Origin: an uncultured virus (IMG/VR IMGVR_UViG_3300010334_004649)
Lineage: Duplodnaviria > Heunggongvirae > Uroviricota > Caudoviricetes
IMG/VR virus record: IMGVR_UViG_3300010334_004649
DNA length: 64,000 nt
Strand: one strand, 5' to 3'
This document shows, piece by piece, positions 10,202 to 19,678 of the stretch (position 1 is its first letter; every line of letters starts with the position of its first letter). The translations under genes and the position numbers were made by a program. The notes under the pieces are model-generated. The model made no database searches and had not been told where the DNA came from. It was given only the letters and a program-made list of their open reading frames with translations.

Positions 10202-10232
10202 AACCCCGGGGTTAATCCCGGGGTTTTCTTTT
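10202..10232 (+). terminator. Intrinsic terminator of the capsid operon
   Basis: AACCCCGGG-GTTAAT-CCCGGGGTT followed by TTCTTTT. Confidence 0.85.
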
Positions 10233-10293
10233 GAAGATGTCACAACAGTATTCTTCCAAATAATTGTTTGTCAAATCCCTGTCTATCAGGGGT

Positions 10294-11088
10294 TCAAGGA
10301 ATCTCGTTCATGTTCATGTTGGATCCCATCAAATGTTTCTCTTTTTCAAGGGTGAAAAACAGCTCTCTTATTTCGTCGATGTTGGAGACCAGTGATTCCG
10401 GATTGACATGTTGATCAGCAGTTGTGACCTCAAGGGATTCTTGCATCCCCGGCAGGTGTCCAGTTATGGCATCCTCAAATGGAACCAACACACCCCTGCC
10501 GCTTGCGACCAACCAGTCCTGCATGGCACTGACCTGCTGTAGTTTCCAATATTGGTATGAAAACATCGCACCATCGATGTTGATTATCGAGCTATGAGTT
10601 TCTCCGTCTGGATTTCTGTTGTACCATACCAGCATCCTGCTGATCAGTTGATCCCAGTTGTTTCGGCGTGGACACAGCCAGAAATGATCTCGATATTGCC
10701 ACATCATCATCGGAAAAAGGCTGACATTTTCGTGCCAGAGGGTGATGACGTATTTACGATGGGATGTGTTGATCGATGAATGCCGACGCATGGTTTCAAG
10801 AAGATGCCGATATCCCTGGCGGCCTGGATTTTCCATGTTTTTTAGATATCGCGTTTGTTGATCGTCGGCTGCCATGCGCACCGTTTGTGCCCCTTCCATA
10901 CGGCTGGTCCATGTATCATACCATTCACCGTGTGAATGATAGCCTTTTTGTTTCAGGAATGACGCTATCAGCTTGCTAGCACATCGCGGATATCCAAATA
11001 TCACCATGCGATGGTGATCCATAAGATTGAAGACTTTTACCATCTCAAATAGTTTCACCATCGTGGATATTGTATCATGTGAATACAC
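10294..11088 (-). CDS. Degenerate Stf0-like sulfotransferase-fold protein (start uncertain, probably downstream)
   Basis: VIFGYPRCASKLI resembles the PAPS 5'-loop (PRSGS); RRNNWDQLISR resembles the R.N...Q..S motif. Confidence 0.5.
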   Translation of the reverse strand: MYSHDTISTMVKLFEMVKVFNLMDHHRMVIFGYPRCASKLIASFLKQKGYHSHGEWYDTWTSRMEGAQTVRMAADDQQTRYLKNMENPGRQGYRHLLETMRRHSSINTSHRKYVITLWHENVSLFPMMMWQYRDHFWLCPRRNNWDQLISRMLVWYNRNPDGETHSSIINIDGAMFSYQYWKLQQVSAMQDWLVASGRGVLVPFEDAITGHLPGMQESLEVTTADQHVNPESLVSNIDEIRELFFTLEKEKHLMGSNMNMNEIP

Positions 11089-11198
11089 ATATGGTCAAGT
11101 GAATACCAGCATGAGGAAACTGGCATTTATTATTCATGCTCTTGGTTAGATACAGCAATATTGACCATTTCACCAAGCCCTTCTTGATAAATAATTTT

Positions 11199-11558
11199 AT
11201 GAACATAAGATCAATCATCACGATTTTGGAAACCATCGAGTCATCAGAAGAAACCCATCATGGTGACGAATTTTACAAAGCCTATGGCAATCTTCCTTGG
11301 CCAGAAGACTCTGAACTATTGGAAGCAGAATATCACGGACACAAGGTACCACTTGGCAAGCCCATGCGAGGGGATATCAAGAAATTCAAAGTCTATTTGA
11401 AAAAAGGCGATCGTGTGGTCAAGGTCAACTTTGGCGATCCCAACATGCGCATTCGACGAAGCAATCCTAAGGCACGCAAGAGTTTTCGAGCAAGACATCA
11501 CTGTGAAAATCCGGGATCTCGATACAAAGCTCGTTATTGGTCATGTCGTAATTGGTAA
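11199..11558 (+). CDS. Basic small phage protein, probable internal head protein
   Basis: Late core TAAATA 5 nt before ATG; acidic leader ending LLE followed by a basic domain KFKVY...VNFGDPNM.IRRSNP.ARKSFRARH.C......ARYWSC. Confidence 0.75.
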   Translation: MNIRSIITILETIESSEETHHGDEFYKAYGNLPWPEDSELLEAEYHGHKVPLGKPMRGDIKKFKVYLKKGDRVVKVNFGDPNMRIRRSNPKARKSFRARHHCENPGSRYKARYWSCRNW

Positions 11559-11568
11559 CCATGCAGCT

Positions 11569-12522
11569 CTAAGTTTTTTCTATTACGGCTAGTATATCAT
11601 CCACAGTATTGGCTATCAAATGATTGGCCATAACATGATCATATGCAGCTGCTACTGGAAAATCTAGAGTGTCCCATTTTTTCAGCAGATAGGCAAATTC
11701 TCCATTGGTTTGATAGGTTTTGCCATAGTCCTGCAGGAGAGCAGCTCCTGCTATCCTTCGTGCTATCCACGGTGTGCGGTTCAGCATGGCTTCTAACAAC
11801 ACAAGACCAAAACCTTCTGTATAACTGTGCATGATCACACAGTCGGCTTCGCTCATAGCACTGAGTACGTCTGATCTATCATCCAACAGCAGGGGCAAAA
11901 CTGCTGCACTGGGTTCTGGCATGAGGTTCATGCGGTTGTCATAACCAGTAGTGACCAACACAGCATTGGGCATGCGCGTTATAGTCCAAAGCCTCGCCAG
12001 TTCCTGCATGGCCTTATTGGGCCAATAGCCGCCGCAACTCAAGAACATTCTGGTATTGATGCCATGCCTAGCTTTGAAACCTGGTCGCCCTAGACAGTCT
12101 CCGGCAGTGACACCATGCCGGATCCTTACTGCTTTGTGACCAACGCCGTGTAGGGCACAATGATCCCAGTCTTGTGCAGTGCTGCAGCCCAGCCAATCAC
12201 AATCCTGTAGAGCCTGTAGACACACTGCACTTTGGCTGGGCAATACCAACAGCCATAACACGGGGCTGGCAATCACCGTGGCGTTGCTCAGCACAAAGTC
12301 CTGCACAGACACGTCACCGCCATGCACTATGATCAGATCCCAGGGCTGCATCAAAATATTAGGGTTATTTGACACCACAACACCATTCATGTCCCCTCGA
12401 TGCTCTCCTGCAAACACTGCCACAGCGTGACCACGTCGCAGACATTCTTCTGCCATGCTCTGTGTGTAGATTTCACTGCCTCCTGGATAGCCGTATCTAT
12501 GCACTACAAACAACAACTTCAT
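11569..12522 (-). CDS. GT-B (GT4-like) glycosyltransferase
   Basis: GGSEIY N-terminal loop and EGFGLVLLEAM motif; ATGA overlap sets the start. Confidence 0.88.
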   Translation of the reverse strand: MKLLFVVHRYGYPGGSEIYTQSMAEECLRRGHAVAVFAGEHRGDMNGVVVSNNPNILMQPWDLIIVHGGDVSVQDFVLSNATVIASPVLWLLVLPSQSAVCLQALQDCDWLGCSTAQDWDHCALHGVGHKAVRIRHGVTAGDCLGRPGFKARHGINTRMFLSCGGYWPNKAMQELARLWTITRMPNAVLVTTGYDNRMNLMPEPSAAVLPLLLDDRSDVLSAMSEADCVIMHSYTEGFGLVLLEAMLNRTPWIARRIAGAALLQDYGKTYQTNGEFAYLLKKWDTLDFPVAAAYDHVMANHLIANTVDDILAVIEKT

Positions 12523-13232
12523 AGCCATTTGGTCTCCGTTCTATCTATGTCATACCAAAAATTACCCCAGGTGCCCATTCCGGCAAGACTGCCGATCTTG
12601 ATGCCGGCAGTCTGCCAGCACTTGGTCTGTATGATCTCTGGTATGCGTACATGGTGTAGTAGGCCCTGCGCTGTCCACTCCTGTGCTTGACCTCGCAGTT
12701 GCCAAAATGTTAGATTAGCTCTATCGATAGCCGCCGTGGGCCCAAGATAAAAATTATCAACCATTCGGGGCTGAGCTGTGTGATCGTCTATTACTGGATT
12801 CCAACCTTGATTAGAACACAGCACAGCATCTAGGTCTATGGCTCGCTGACACTGTTCAACCGTGAGTTTTTCAAAGAATACACAGTCACTGCGAGCCTGT
12901 ATCACTAGATCGTATGACACACTCTGCTGCTGCTGATAGACCTGCCGCAGTTGGTTTACTCGATAGAATTTGTAACTCATACTGGGCATATTTTTATGCA
13001 CATTAAATGTAAACAAATCGTCAAAATATGGTTTTATAGTGTAGTGGTTTTCAATTTCAGTGAGGCATGGTCGCAACACCTGTTGATACACTGGCAGAGT
13101 GGTTGGCCGTTCTGGCTGCCAGAAACTGAAAAACACATCTGGCTGCAGCGGTTCTATTATGGCTCCTACTAGACTGTTGAGACTGGCTTCTGTGAATCTC
13201 AGCCTTCCGCTGATCTGCAGTGCTATCTTCAC
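12519..13232 (-). CDS. Putative glycosyltransferase (KIAL.ISG..R / YDLVI..R.D family), GTG start
   Basis: KIALQISGRLR and YDLVIQARSD motifs; GTGA overlap with the upstream mini-ORF. Confidence 0.6.
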   Translation of the reverse strand: MKIALQISGRLRFTEASLNSLVGAIIEPLQPDVFFSFWQPERPTTLPVYQQVLRPCLTEIENHYTIKPYFDDLFTFNVHKNMPSMSYKFYRVNQLRQVYQQQQSVSYDLVIQARSDCVFFEKLTVEQCQRAIDLDAVLCSNQGWNPVIDDHTAQPRMVDNFYLGPTAAIDRANLTFWQLRGQAQEWTAQGLLHHVRIPEIIQTKCWQTAGIKIGSLAGMGTWGNFWYDIDRTETKWL

Positions 13233-13303
13233 AGTGGCACCCTGCTGAACATACAGTTGGTACCGCAGGTACCAAACAGTGACCTGTGCAGGACGATTTT
13301 CAC
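13229..13303 (-). CDS. 24-aa coupling mini-ORF (MKIVLHRSLFGTCGTNCMFSRVPL), possibly a relic of a deleted gene
   Basis: GTGA overlaps with both neighbouring genes. Confidence 0.4.
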   Translation of the reverse strand: MKIVLHRSLFGTCGTNCMFSRVPL

Positions 13304-14250
13304 CATACGAACCTCTTGCTGTGACAGTGTACAATAGACCGCAGTTCATCGTCAAAGTTTTTGGTATTGCACCAGCCCAGCGCCCGCAACTTGCTGTCGT
13401 TGATACTGTATCTCACGTCTTGACCAGGTCTTTGCACGGAAAAATCCACATGATCTTCAATGGCATCGCGGTTAATGCCCATGCAGTCCAAGATCTTTGT
13501 TAATATATTGATGTTGCTGTCCTCATAGTTGCCCGAAATGTTATAGATCTCATTTAGAACTTGAAGATCAATCAGCCGTATCACAGCAGCAGCCGTGTCC
13601 TCTGCATGCAGCCATGTTCTGCGGGGTGTTCCACGTTGGTGAAGTGGCACTTTCTTGCCCAGGGCAAGATACTGTATGGTTTTAGGTATGAACTTTTCTA
13701 TGTATTGACCTATACCATAGTTGTTGCTGGGGCGCACAATAACATAAGGTATGCCGTAGGTCCTATGCCAAGCCATGACCAGCAGGTCTGCAGCTGATTT
13801 GGTAGCAGCATAGGGGTTACTGGGCTTCATCAACTGTGTTTCATCGAAACTGCCAACGTCACTGTCGCCGTATACTTCGTCTGTGGAAAAATGCAGCAGT
13901 GTGGGCATGCGAAACCTATGTTTGGTCTGTATCAACCTCAGGAGATTGTGAACACCATCGATATTGCTGCGTATGAATTCACTGCTGTTGGCAATGCTGT
14001 TGTCTACATGTGTTTCAGCAGCAGTGTTGATTATGTAATCGCAGTCATAGAGCATGTTGAGGTCATTGATGTTTTTCTCACAAAACTTAAAGTTTTCAAA
14101 GGCACCAAACTCCAACAACAGGCTGCGGTCTGCAGCATAGGTGCAACTGTCTACACCCAGCACTTTCCAGCCGCGGACAAGACAGGCACGAGTGATATAA
14201 CTGCCAATAAATCCTAGACAACCCGTTATGTAGACCACTTTGATTGTCAT
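13300..14250 (-). CDS. rmlB: dTDP-glucose 4,6-dehydratase-like SDR
   Basis: TGCLGFIG, AAETHVDNS, STDEVYG, PSNPYAATK, NNYG, RPGQDVRY; ATGA overlap at the start. Confidence 0.9.
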   Translation of the reverse strand: MTIKVVYITGCLGFIGSYITRACLVRGWKVLGVDSCTYAADRSLLLEFGAFENFKFCEKNINDLNMLYDCDYIINTAAETHVDNSIANSSEFIRSNIDGVHNLLRLIQTKHRFRMPTLLHFSTDEVYGDSDVGSFDETQLMKPSNPYAATKSAADLLVMAWHRTYGIPYVIVRPSNNYGIGQYIEKFIPKTIQYLALGKKVPLHQRGTPRRTWLHAEDTAAAVIRLIDLQVLNEIYNISGNYEDSNINILTKILDCMGINRDAIEDHVDFSVQRPGQDVRYSINDSKLRALGWCNTKNFDDELRSIVHCHSKRFVW

Positions 14251-14729
14251 ATCTTCCTCGTGAGGTTGAGATAGGCCGGACTGGGGCTGAACAGAAATTC
14301 TGACCATTGCTGCTGTAGATCTCGTATGGTAGCTGGCTTAAAGATCTTGATATTGGGCAATGCTGACAATACCGCACTGTCATCATGCGCCCAGTGACTG
14401 ATACCATCGTGGCTGTAGTCACGATCTCTGCCACTGCCAATCAGTTTCACAGGTATTTTTTCGTAGTTGACATAGTTTCTAAGAAATTCAAAAGGCCGAT
14501 ACAGTAGGAAAGAACTCATACTGTAGCAAACTGCAGTTTTGCCGGCAGTGGCTAGACCGATACCAGCACCGATCATCAGTTGTTCGGCTGCTCCCACATT
14601 CCAGAACCTCATTGGATAGGTATCGCGTATGCTGTCCAACAGGCCAAATCCAAGATCGGCGGTCAGTACTACAATATCGCTGTGGTCAGCCATGCTGTTC
14701 CACAGCAGGTCCATGCATTCTTTTCTCAC
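14247..14729 (-). CDS. Transketolase-like pyrimidine-binding subunit (short)
   Basis: LTADLG, NVGAAEQLMIG...GLA..G, DGISHWA..D; no C-terminal domain. Confidence 0.88.
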   Translation of the reverse strand: MRKECMDLLWNSMADHSDIVVLTADLGFGLLDSIRDTYPMRFWNVGAAEQLMIGAGIGLATAGKTAVCYSMSSFLLYRPFEFLRNYVNYEKIPVKLIGSGRDRDYSHDGISHWAHDDSAVLSALPNIKIFKPATIRDLQQQWSEFLFSPSPAYLNLTRKI

Positions 14730-15334
14730 AGGGTTTGGTACTCCTCGTTGGTCATGACCTTGTAGTGTGTCAACAGTCCTTGAGCAAACCCCAAGTCTGT
14801 AGGTAGCGAAATCCTCAACTGTATGCTGGGCAGAAATGCAGTTAACCTTGACACGAGATAATCCACGTCAAGATACTCATATGCACTTTGACCATTGATA
14901 TTAACATAGACCCTGAGGTTGTCCAGCCCAGCAGTGTGAATAAATCTCAGGCTTTCCCAGATACTGCCTTCTGCTGCTTCGCCGTCGGATATAATGCACC
15001 AAACATTTTTACTGCGATCAGCTAGAGCATGGCCAACTGCTATAGGTAGGCCACTGCCAAGGCTGCCTGTGCTGCAATACAAATGGTTCTCTGGATCTCT
15101 ACTGGGGTGTATGCCGTGTTTGTGCAGCAGCATCAGAGGATCAATGCCATAACGCCACTCCAACTCGCAGTAAAGTGCTAGGCCTGCATGGCCGTTGCTC
15201 AATATAAAAATCTCGTCTTCTTGCTTTTGATCATAAATCTCATGTATGATGGGCCATGTGCTGAGAACGCTGCTGAGATGACTTAGTTTTTCTTGGTAGG
15301 TAATGTCGATTATGCGTCGTTGTATTGAGTGCAT
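14726..15334 (-). CDS. Transketolase-like TPP-binding subunit
   Basis: HLSSVLS, LSNGHA, STGSLGSGL, SDGEAAEGSIWE. Confidence 0.9.
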   Translation of the reverse strand: MHSIQRRIIDITYQEKLSHLSSVLSTWPIIHEIYDQKQEDEIFILSNGHAGLALYCELEWRYGIDPLMLLHKHGIHPSRDPENHLYCSTGSLGSGLPIAVGHALADRSKNVWCIISDGEAAEGSIWESLRFIHTAGLDNLRVYVNINGQSAYEYLDVDYLVSRLTAFLPSIQLRISLPTDLGFAQGLLTHYKVMTNEEYQTL

Positions 15335-15336
15335 TT

Positions 15337-16050
15337 TTAAACCTTGTAAGCATAAAGTGCGTCGTAGCGATGTGGGAAGGCAGTGTAACCGTTGTTGAAC
15401 AGTATACGCATCAAATGGTCACGATTGCGATTTAGACTGACTTCTGGCCGCAATGCAGAGTCTGTGGCATGTACTTCTATGCTCCATACTCGCACGCGAT
15501 CTTTCACTGCTGAAATGGTTTCATCAGTCAGTGCTGACATTTCCGACCCTTCAATATCGCACTTGACAAAATCAACTGTGTTGGTGCCCATTTCATCTAT
15601 GATGCTGTGCAGGGTTCTACCCTGGACCATGACTTTGGTGCCGTATTGGTTCACTGTGCTGTTCATGGTGCTGTTGTTGTTGCTGATCCAAAATGGTATC
15701 AGTTCATTGGTATTGTGCAGTGCTGCATTGACAGGACAGATGTTGGCATAGTCTTTGGTCATGGCCTGTAATATGTCAAAATGTCCCGGTGTTGGCTCCA
15801 GGGTCCACACCACCTTGGCCTTGGGCTGTATATAGAGTGAAAACAGACCGATGTTACCGCCTATATCCAACACAGTGAGATTGTCCCAGCCATGGAAAAA
15901 TTCATCGTAGAACCGATCCTTGTTGAACATGTCCAACACTACATCTGCGTAATTGGCTGGATCCGCAAAATGATTGATGATTTTTGGATCATCAGTGGAA
16001 ATATTCACAATGGTGCTCGCGGCAGTCAGTAGCTGTCTATGCAGTGTCAT
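15337..16050 (-). CDS. FkbM-family SAM methyltransferase
   Basis: VLDIGGNIGLFS, EPTP, DFVKCDIEGSE, IEVH. Confidence 0.9.
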   Translation of the reverse strand: MTLHRQLLTAASTIVNISTDDPKIINHFADPANYADVVLDMFNKDRFYDEFFHGWDNLTVLDIGGNIGLFSLYIQPKAKVVWTLEPTPGHFDILQAMTKDYANICPVNAALHNTNELIPFWISNNNSTMNSTVNQYGTKVMVQGRTLHSIIDEMGTNTVDFVKCDIEGSEMSALTDETISAVKDRVRVWSIEVHATDSALRPEVSLNRNRDHLMRILFNNGYTAFPHRYDALYAYKV

Positions 16051-16880
16051 GGTTGTTCCTTGAGATATTTTGCTGTGTCTAGGAAATCTCTGATACCAGA
16101 TTCTAGATCATATGTGCACTCAAATCCATATGCAGATTGTGCATAGGCACAATCACATTGCCAGCATTCAGTTTCAAATGCCTTGGCCATGCCGGGTACA
16201 TGGGTCACAGGGGCTATTCGGCCTGTGACCTGCTGAAATTTCTCCAGCACTGCTAGGTTGCTGTATTGTTGTCCGGAACCAAAGTTAACTATGTCGCCCG
16301 GTCTATGGCCAGTGTCATTGATCAATATATCAAGGCCTCTGACAAAATCATCAATATAGATAAAGTCATGCTGTCCGTCAAACAGTGTCATTGGTTGATC
16401 AAGATTGAATGCACGCCACAGTCTTGGAAACAGTCGATGTGGTTTTTCATAGCGCCCGTAGACACTGTAGGGGCGTGCAATTTTCACATTTAAATCCCAG
16501 GTTCTAGCATAGCCTTGGCACAACAGGGTGGCCATGCCTTTGGTGGCCTGGTACATGTCAACCGGATTGATTCTATCAGTTTCTGCGCTGGGGCCGGACC
16601 TTGGACCGTATTCGGAACTGGACCCAATGTGTATCATCTTGGTCCAAGGCCTTGATTTTACATAATCTAGGCAGGTTTTGGTCAGGTCAAGATTGGCCTG
16701 CCACATCAGCGCGGGTTGATAGATTTCAGCAGCACAGTGTATCACCAGATCTGGATTGGCTATCAACAGTTGTTCAAACAGATCCAAATGTCGATTCCAG
16801 GCCGTGACTTGGTGGTTTTTCCAGTGTTCTGTGAGATTCCGGCCTATGAATCCGCTGGCACCTGTAATGAATATCTTCAT
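16047..16880 (-). CDS. NAD-dependent NDP-sugar epimerase/reductase
   Basis: ITGASGFIG, GSSSEYG, YQATK, RPYSVYG, DFIYIDD. Confidence 0.9.
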   Translation of the reverse strand: MKIFITGASGFIGRNLTEHWKNHQVTAWNRHLDLFEQLLIANPDLVIHCAAEIYQPALMWQANLDLTKTCLDYVKSRPWTKMIHIGSSSEYGPRSGPSAETDRINPVDMYQATKGMATLLCQGYARTWDLNVKIARPYSVYGRYEKPHRLFPRLWRAFNLDQPMTLFDGQHDFIYIDDFVRGLDILINDTGHRPGDIVNFGSGQQYSNLAVLEKFQQVTGRIAPVTHVPGMAKAFETECWQCDCAYAQSAYGFECTYDLESGIRDFLDTAKYLKEQP

Positions 16881-16885
16881 GTTAA

Positions 16886-17536
16886 CTAGACTATCACTTC
16901 TGGCAATATTTGATTGAACAGCGACATACGCACATGCAACGGGTGATCTGGACAGTGTATGAGAAAATCTCCCTTGTGCCATTGACCACTGAAACCCAGT
17001 GCATCAAGATTGTTTCTAGCCCCTTTGTTGCGATACAGCGGATAGTGATAGGCATTGAGATATCTCTGAGGCACAATCTTGATTAGATCTCGATAGTTTT
17101 GATAACTTTCCATGACCACACCCTGTTCAAAAAAGGGATGGCGACTGTAGTCCTGCTGCTTTTGCATGATCATCTCAAGCCAGGCTCTAGCACGCGGAGT
17201 TTTGCGTATGACAAAACTGTCGATTTGGATACCATTGAAATCTGTGGCCATGGTCACATCAAAACCATCATAGACAAACTCTGTTAGCGGTATGTGCCAG
17301 TTGGTGATCATGGTGTCAGTGCCGCTGAAATGCAGCAGTTCATAGTCACTGTGGTTGAATATTTCCAAACACCATGCAATCTTTTCCCACCCAATGATGG
17401 GCTGTGAAAAGCCTGTGGTCTTGGCCAATGCGCCGTAGCCCATTTTAGCAGCATACATCACACGGTTTTGATGCCAGGTGAGATCAGCCATGATCTTGTA
17501 GTTGTCGTCGTGTGTGGTTACCACCGCTGCTTTCAT
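16886..17536 (-). CDS. GT34 (GMA12/MNN10)-like glycosyltransferase
   Basis: WEKIAW, GTDTMITN (DxD position altered), EQG, QRYLNAY, W.KGDFLIHCP. Confidence 0.7.
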   Translation of the reverse strand: MKAAVVTTHDDNYKIMADLTWHQNRVMYAAKMGYGALAKTTGFSQPIIGWEKIAWCLEIFNHSDYELLHFSGTDTMITNWHIPLTEFVYDGFDVTMATDFNGIQIDSFVIRKTPRARAWLEMIMQKQQDYSRHPFFEQGVVMESYQNYRDLIKIVPQRYLNAYHYPLYRNKGARNNLDALGFSGQWHKGDFLIHCPDHPLHVRMSLFNQILPEVIV

Positions 17537-18711
17537 TGTGCTGCTCCTGTGTGCTGCTGCCACATTTTGAGATGTTGTTTCAAAAGAATGTTTTCCTGAA
17601 GATCTTCTCTGTTGCCTAGGAATTTATCGCGTTGATAACTCCAATTGGTGTTCATGGCAAAATAATGACCAAATGTAATTTCTTTGGTTTTGGCATGCGG
17701 GCCGTAGGTCTTGTGGAGATGCCATTGATAGTTCATGTTGCGTTGCGGATTCAACAGCCACTTGACACCAATGCCGCGACCATTGCCGTTGGTGGTATGC
17801 CAGTATTGACCAAAATGCCGTTGTTGCTGTGGGATATCGGCGGCGACAACACCTGAAACGCTGTCGATGGGTTCTATCCAAACACCATCATACAGCAGCA
17901 CAGAATGTTGGCCTGTAGCACAATAATCGGCCACACCGTTGAGATTGCTGTTGTTGATCAACAGCAATTCGTCTGTGTCTGCATTAATGGCCAATCTAGC
18001 ACAGTGTAGATACCTCCATTTAGCATGTTCCAACATCACATACTGACTGAAGTCACTGTCCCAGGGTAGATAGTGTCCCTGACGTCCTTCCCAGGCCCAG
18101 TCGCCGCCGCCCATAACACCAAATGGTACGTCGTAATCCACAACTTTGATCACCATGTCGGAACGTTGCAGAGCCGCATGCAATTGATCACTTGTATAGA
18201 GCCTACTGCGGTTGTTGTAAATCAAAATACCTTCTATGTTATGAACCCTGTTGTGGTAGTCTATCCACTGCTGAAGCCAGCTCACTGGATGGTCTTGGCT
18301 GATAGTGACCATGACCTTGAGATTGTTGAAATCTGCTGTTGCATGATTGACCTGAAATGTATAACGGCCAAACGGAGTTTCAAGATGAAATTCATTCATC
18401 CAGTTTTCTGTGTCTAACCGGATGACCTGAGTCCTGTCCATAGCACTGAATCGCCATGTCATGACTCGGCGGTTTTGATCTAAAAACCTGCAGGTGCTGT
18501 TGAGCCACTGGACTGACTCGTATAATGGAGGTCCTATCAGCAGTATGGTATTGGCATTGACCTGTACAGCATCGTTCCAGAATGTGTCATAATCATAGTT
18601 TGTGTGAAAATCCAACACCTGTAGATCAACTGGGCGAACTGGTTGCCGACGAAATCCCCACTGAGGTTGGTAGGTGAACCTGTTCATCTGTTCAGACATC
18701 TTTGATTCCAT
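17533..18711 (-). CDS. GT-A glycosyltransferase, GT92/GT2-like
   Basis: LQQWIDYH......ILIYNN.S, ADTDELL, KW...P. Confidence 0.7.
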   Translation of the reverse strand: MESKMSEQMNRFTYQPQWGFRRQPVRPVDLQVLDFHTNYDYDTFWNDAVQVNANTILLIGPPLYESVQWLNSTCRFLDQNRRVMTWRFSAMDRTQVIRLDTENWMNEFHLETPFGRYTFQVNHATADFNNLKVMVTISQDHPVSWLQQWIDYHNRVHNIEGILIYNNRSRLYTSDQLHAALQRSDMVIKVVDYDVPFGVMGGGDWAWEGRQGHYLPWDSDFSQYVMLEHAKWRYLHCARLAINADTDELLLINNSNLNGVADYCATGQHSVLLYDGVWIEPIDSVSGVVAADIPQQQRHFGQYWHTTNGNGRGIGVKWLLNPQRNMNYQWHLHKTYGPHAKTKEITFGHYFAMNTNWSYQRDKFLGNREDLQENILLKQHLKMWQQHTGAAQ

Positions 18712-19678
18712 ATTTTGTTTTGATATGTCGCATGGTCATGTGATAGCCCATTTCATTGGCCACATCGTCATTGAACGGGATTTCACCTTGCCAGCGGAAT
18801 TTGTTCAAATTGCGATGGTTGAACAATTCTCGGCCTTGACGATCGCGTTGTACCATTACTGTGCCCCCACCATACTTGTGCCAAGGGTTCGGCACACCTT
18901 TGTGAAATGGCCCATATGGCATGAAACCATAGGGTACCTCAGTATCAGCATGGTAGTTGTGTTTTCGATGATAGCCATTGGTCTTGCTGGAAACATACTG
19001 CCAAGCCATCCTCCAACATTCTGCATCACCTCCAAAGTTGAAATAGATTTGGCAGTTTTCGGTAAAATGCAGCATCATGCACATCTGCGGCCATACCAAG
19101 GGTTTGTTGATCAAAAACTGGCCACTTTCAAATGGTTCCCCATCGTTTGGTGCAACATCAAAGACCTGCCACATTTCTCCACCGTCGTGATATTGATTGG
19201 CTCTGTCTGTGCTGTAGACATCACGCCAAAATAAGCTGCCTTTTTCACGGTATTCTGCGTCGTCAAACAGTTCCAAGCAGTTGCGTATTGGATAATTGTC
19301 GCCGTCGATCCAGAGGTTTTCTTGATAGTCACTTTCCCAGATGGCATGTACTTTGGTGCTCCAACCCTTGCTATTGCCCCAGCGATCTGTAAAGTCTTTG
19401 GCGTTGGCTCGCAGTTGTTTAAAAATGATATTGTTGGGCATCACGCTGGTCATTTCGTGGATTTCGCCCTGGTCCAGTTCACCCGGCCTGTAGAAAATTT
19501 CAATGGGTAAATTGAAATCCAGTCGATTGAGTTCCTTCAACAGCACAAACATGCCGGGGATTTCTTGTCGATAACAACTGGTAACTATGCTGCGACCTTG
19601 ACGATAACTGGGTTGTGGGACCAAATGCTCTAATACATATTCTTTGGCTTGGTGTAGTTTGATGAGATTCACTTCCAT
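18692..19678 (-). CDS. GT71 (MNN1/MNN2)-like alpha-mannosyltransferase homolog
   Basis: LPIEIFY..GEL, WIDGDNYP.RN...LFD..EY...GSLFWRD, FESGQFLINK, GDAECWR.AW; TAATG overlap at the start. Confidence 0.8.
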   Translation of the reverse strand: MEVNLIKLHQAKEYVLEHLVPQPSYRQGRSIVTSCYRQEIPGMFVLLKELNRLDFNLPIEIFYRPGELDQGEIHEMTSVMPNNIIFKQLRANAKDFTDRWGNSKGWSTKVHAIWESDYQENLWIDGDNYPIRNCLELFDDAEYREKGSLFWRDVYSTDRANQYHDGGEMWQVFDVAPNDGEPFESGQFLINKPLVWPQMCMMLHFTENCQIYFNFGGDAECWRMAWQYVSSKTNGYHRKHNYHADTEVPYGFMPYGPFHKGVPNPWHKYGGGTVMVQRDRQGRELFNHRNLNKFRWQGEIPFNDDVANEMGYHMTMRHIKTKYGIKDV

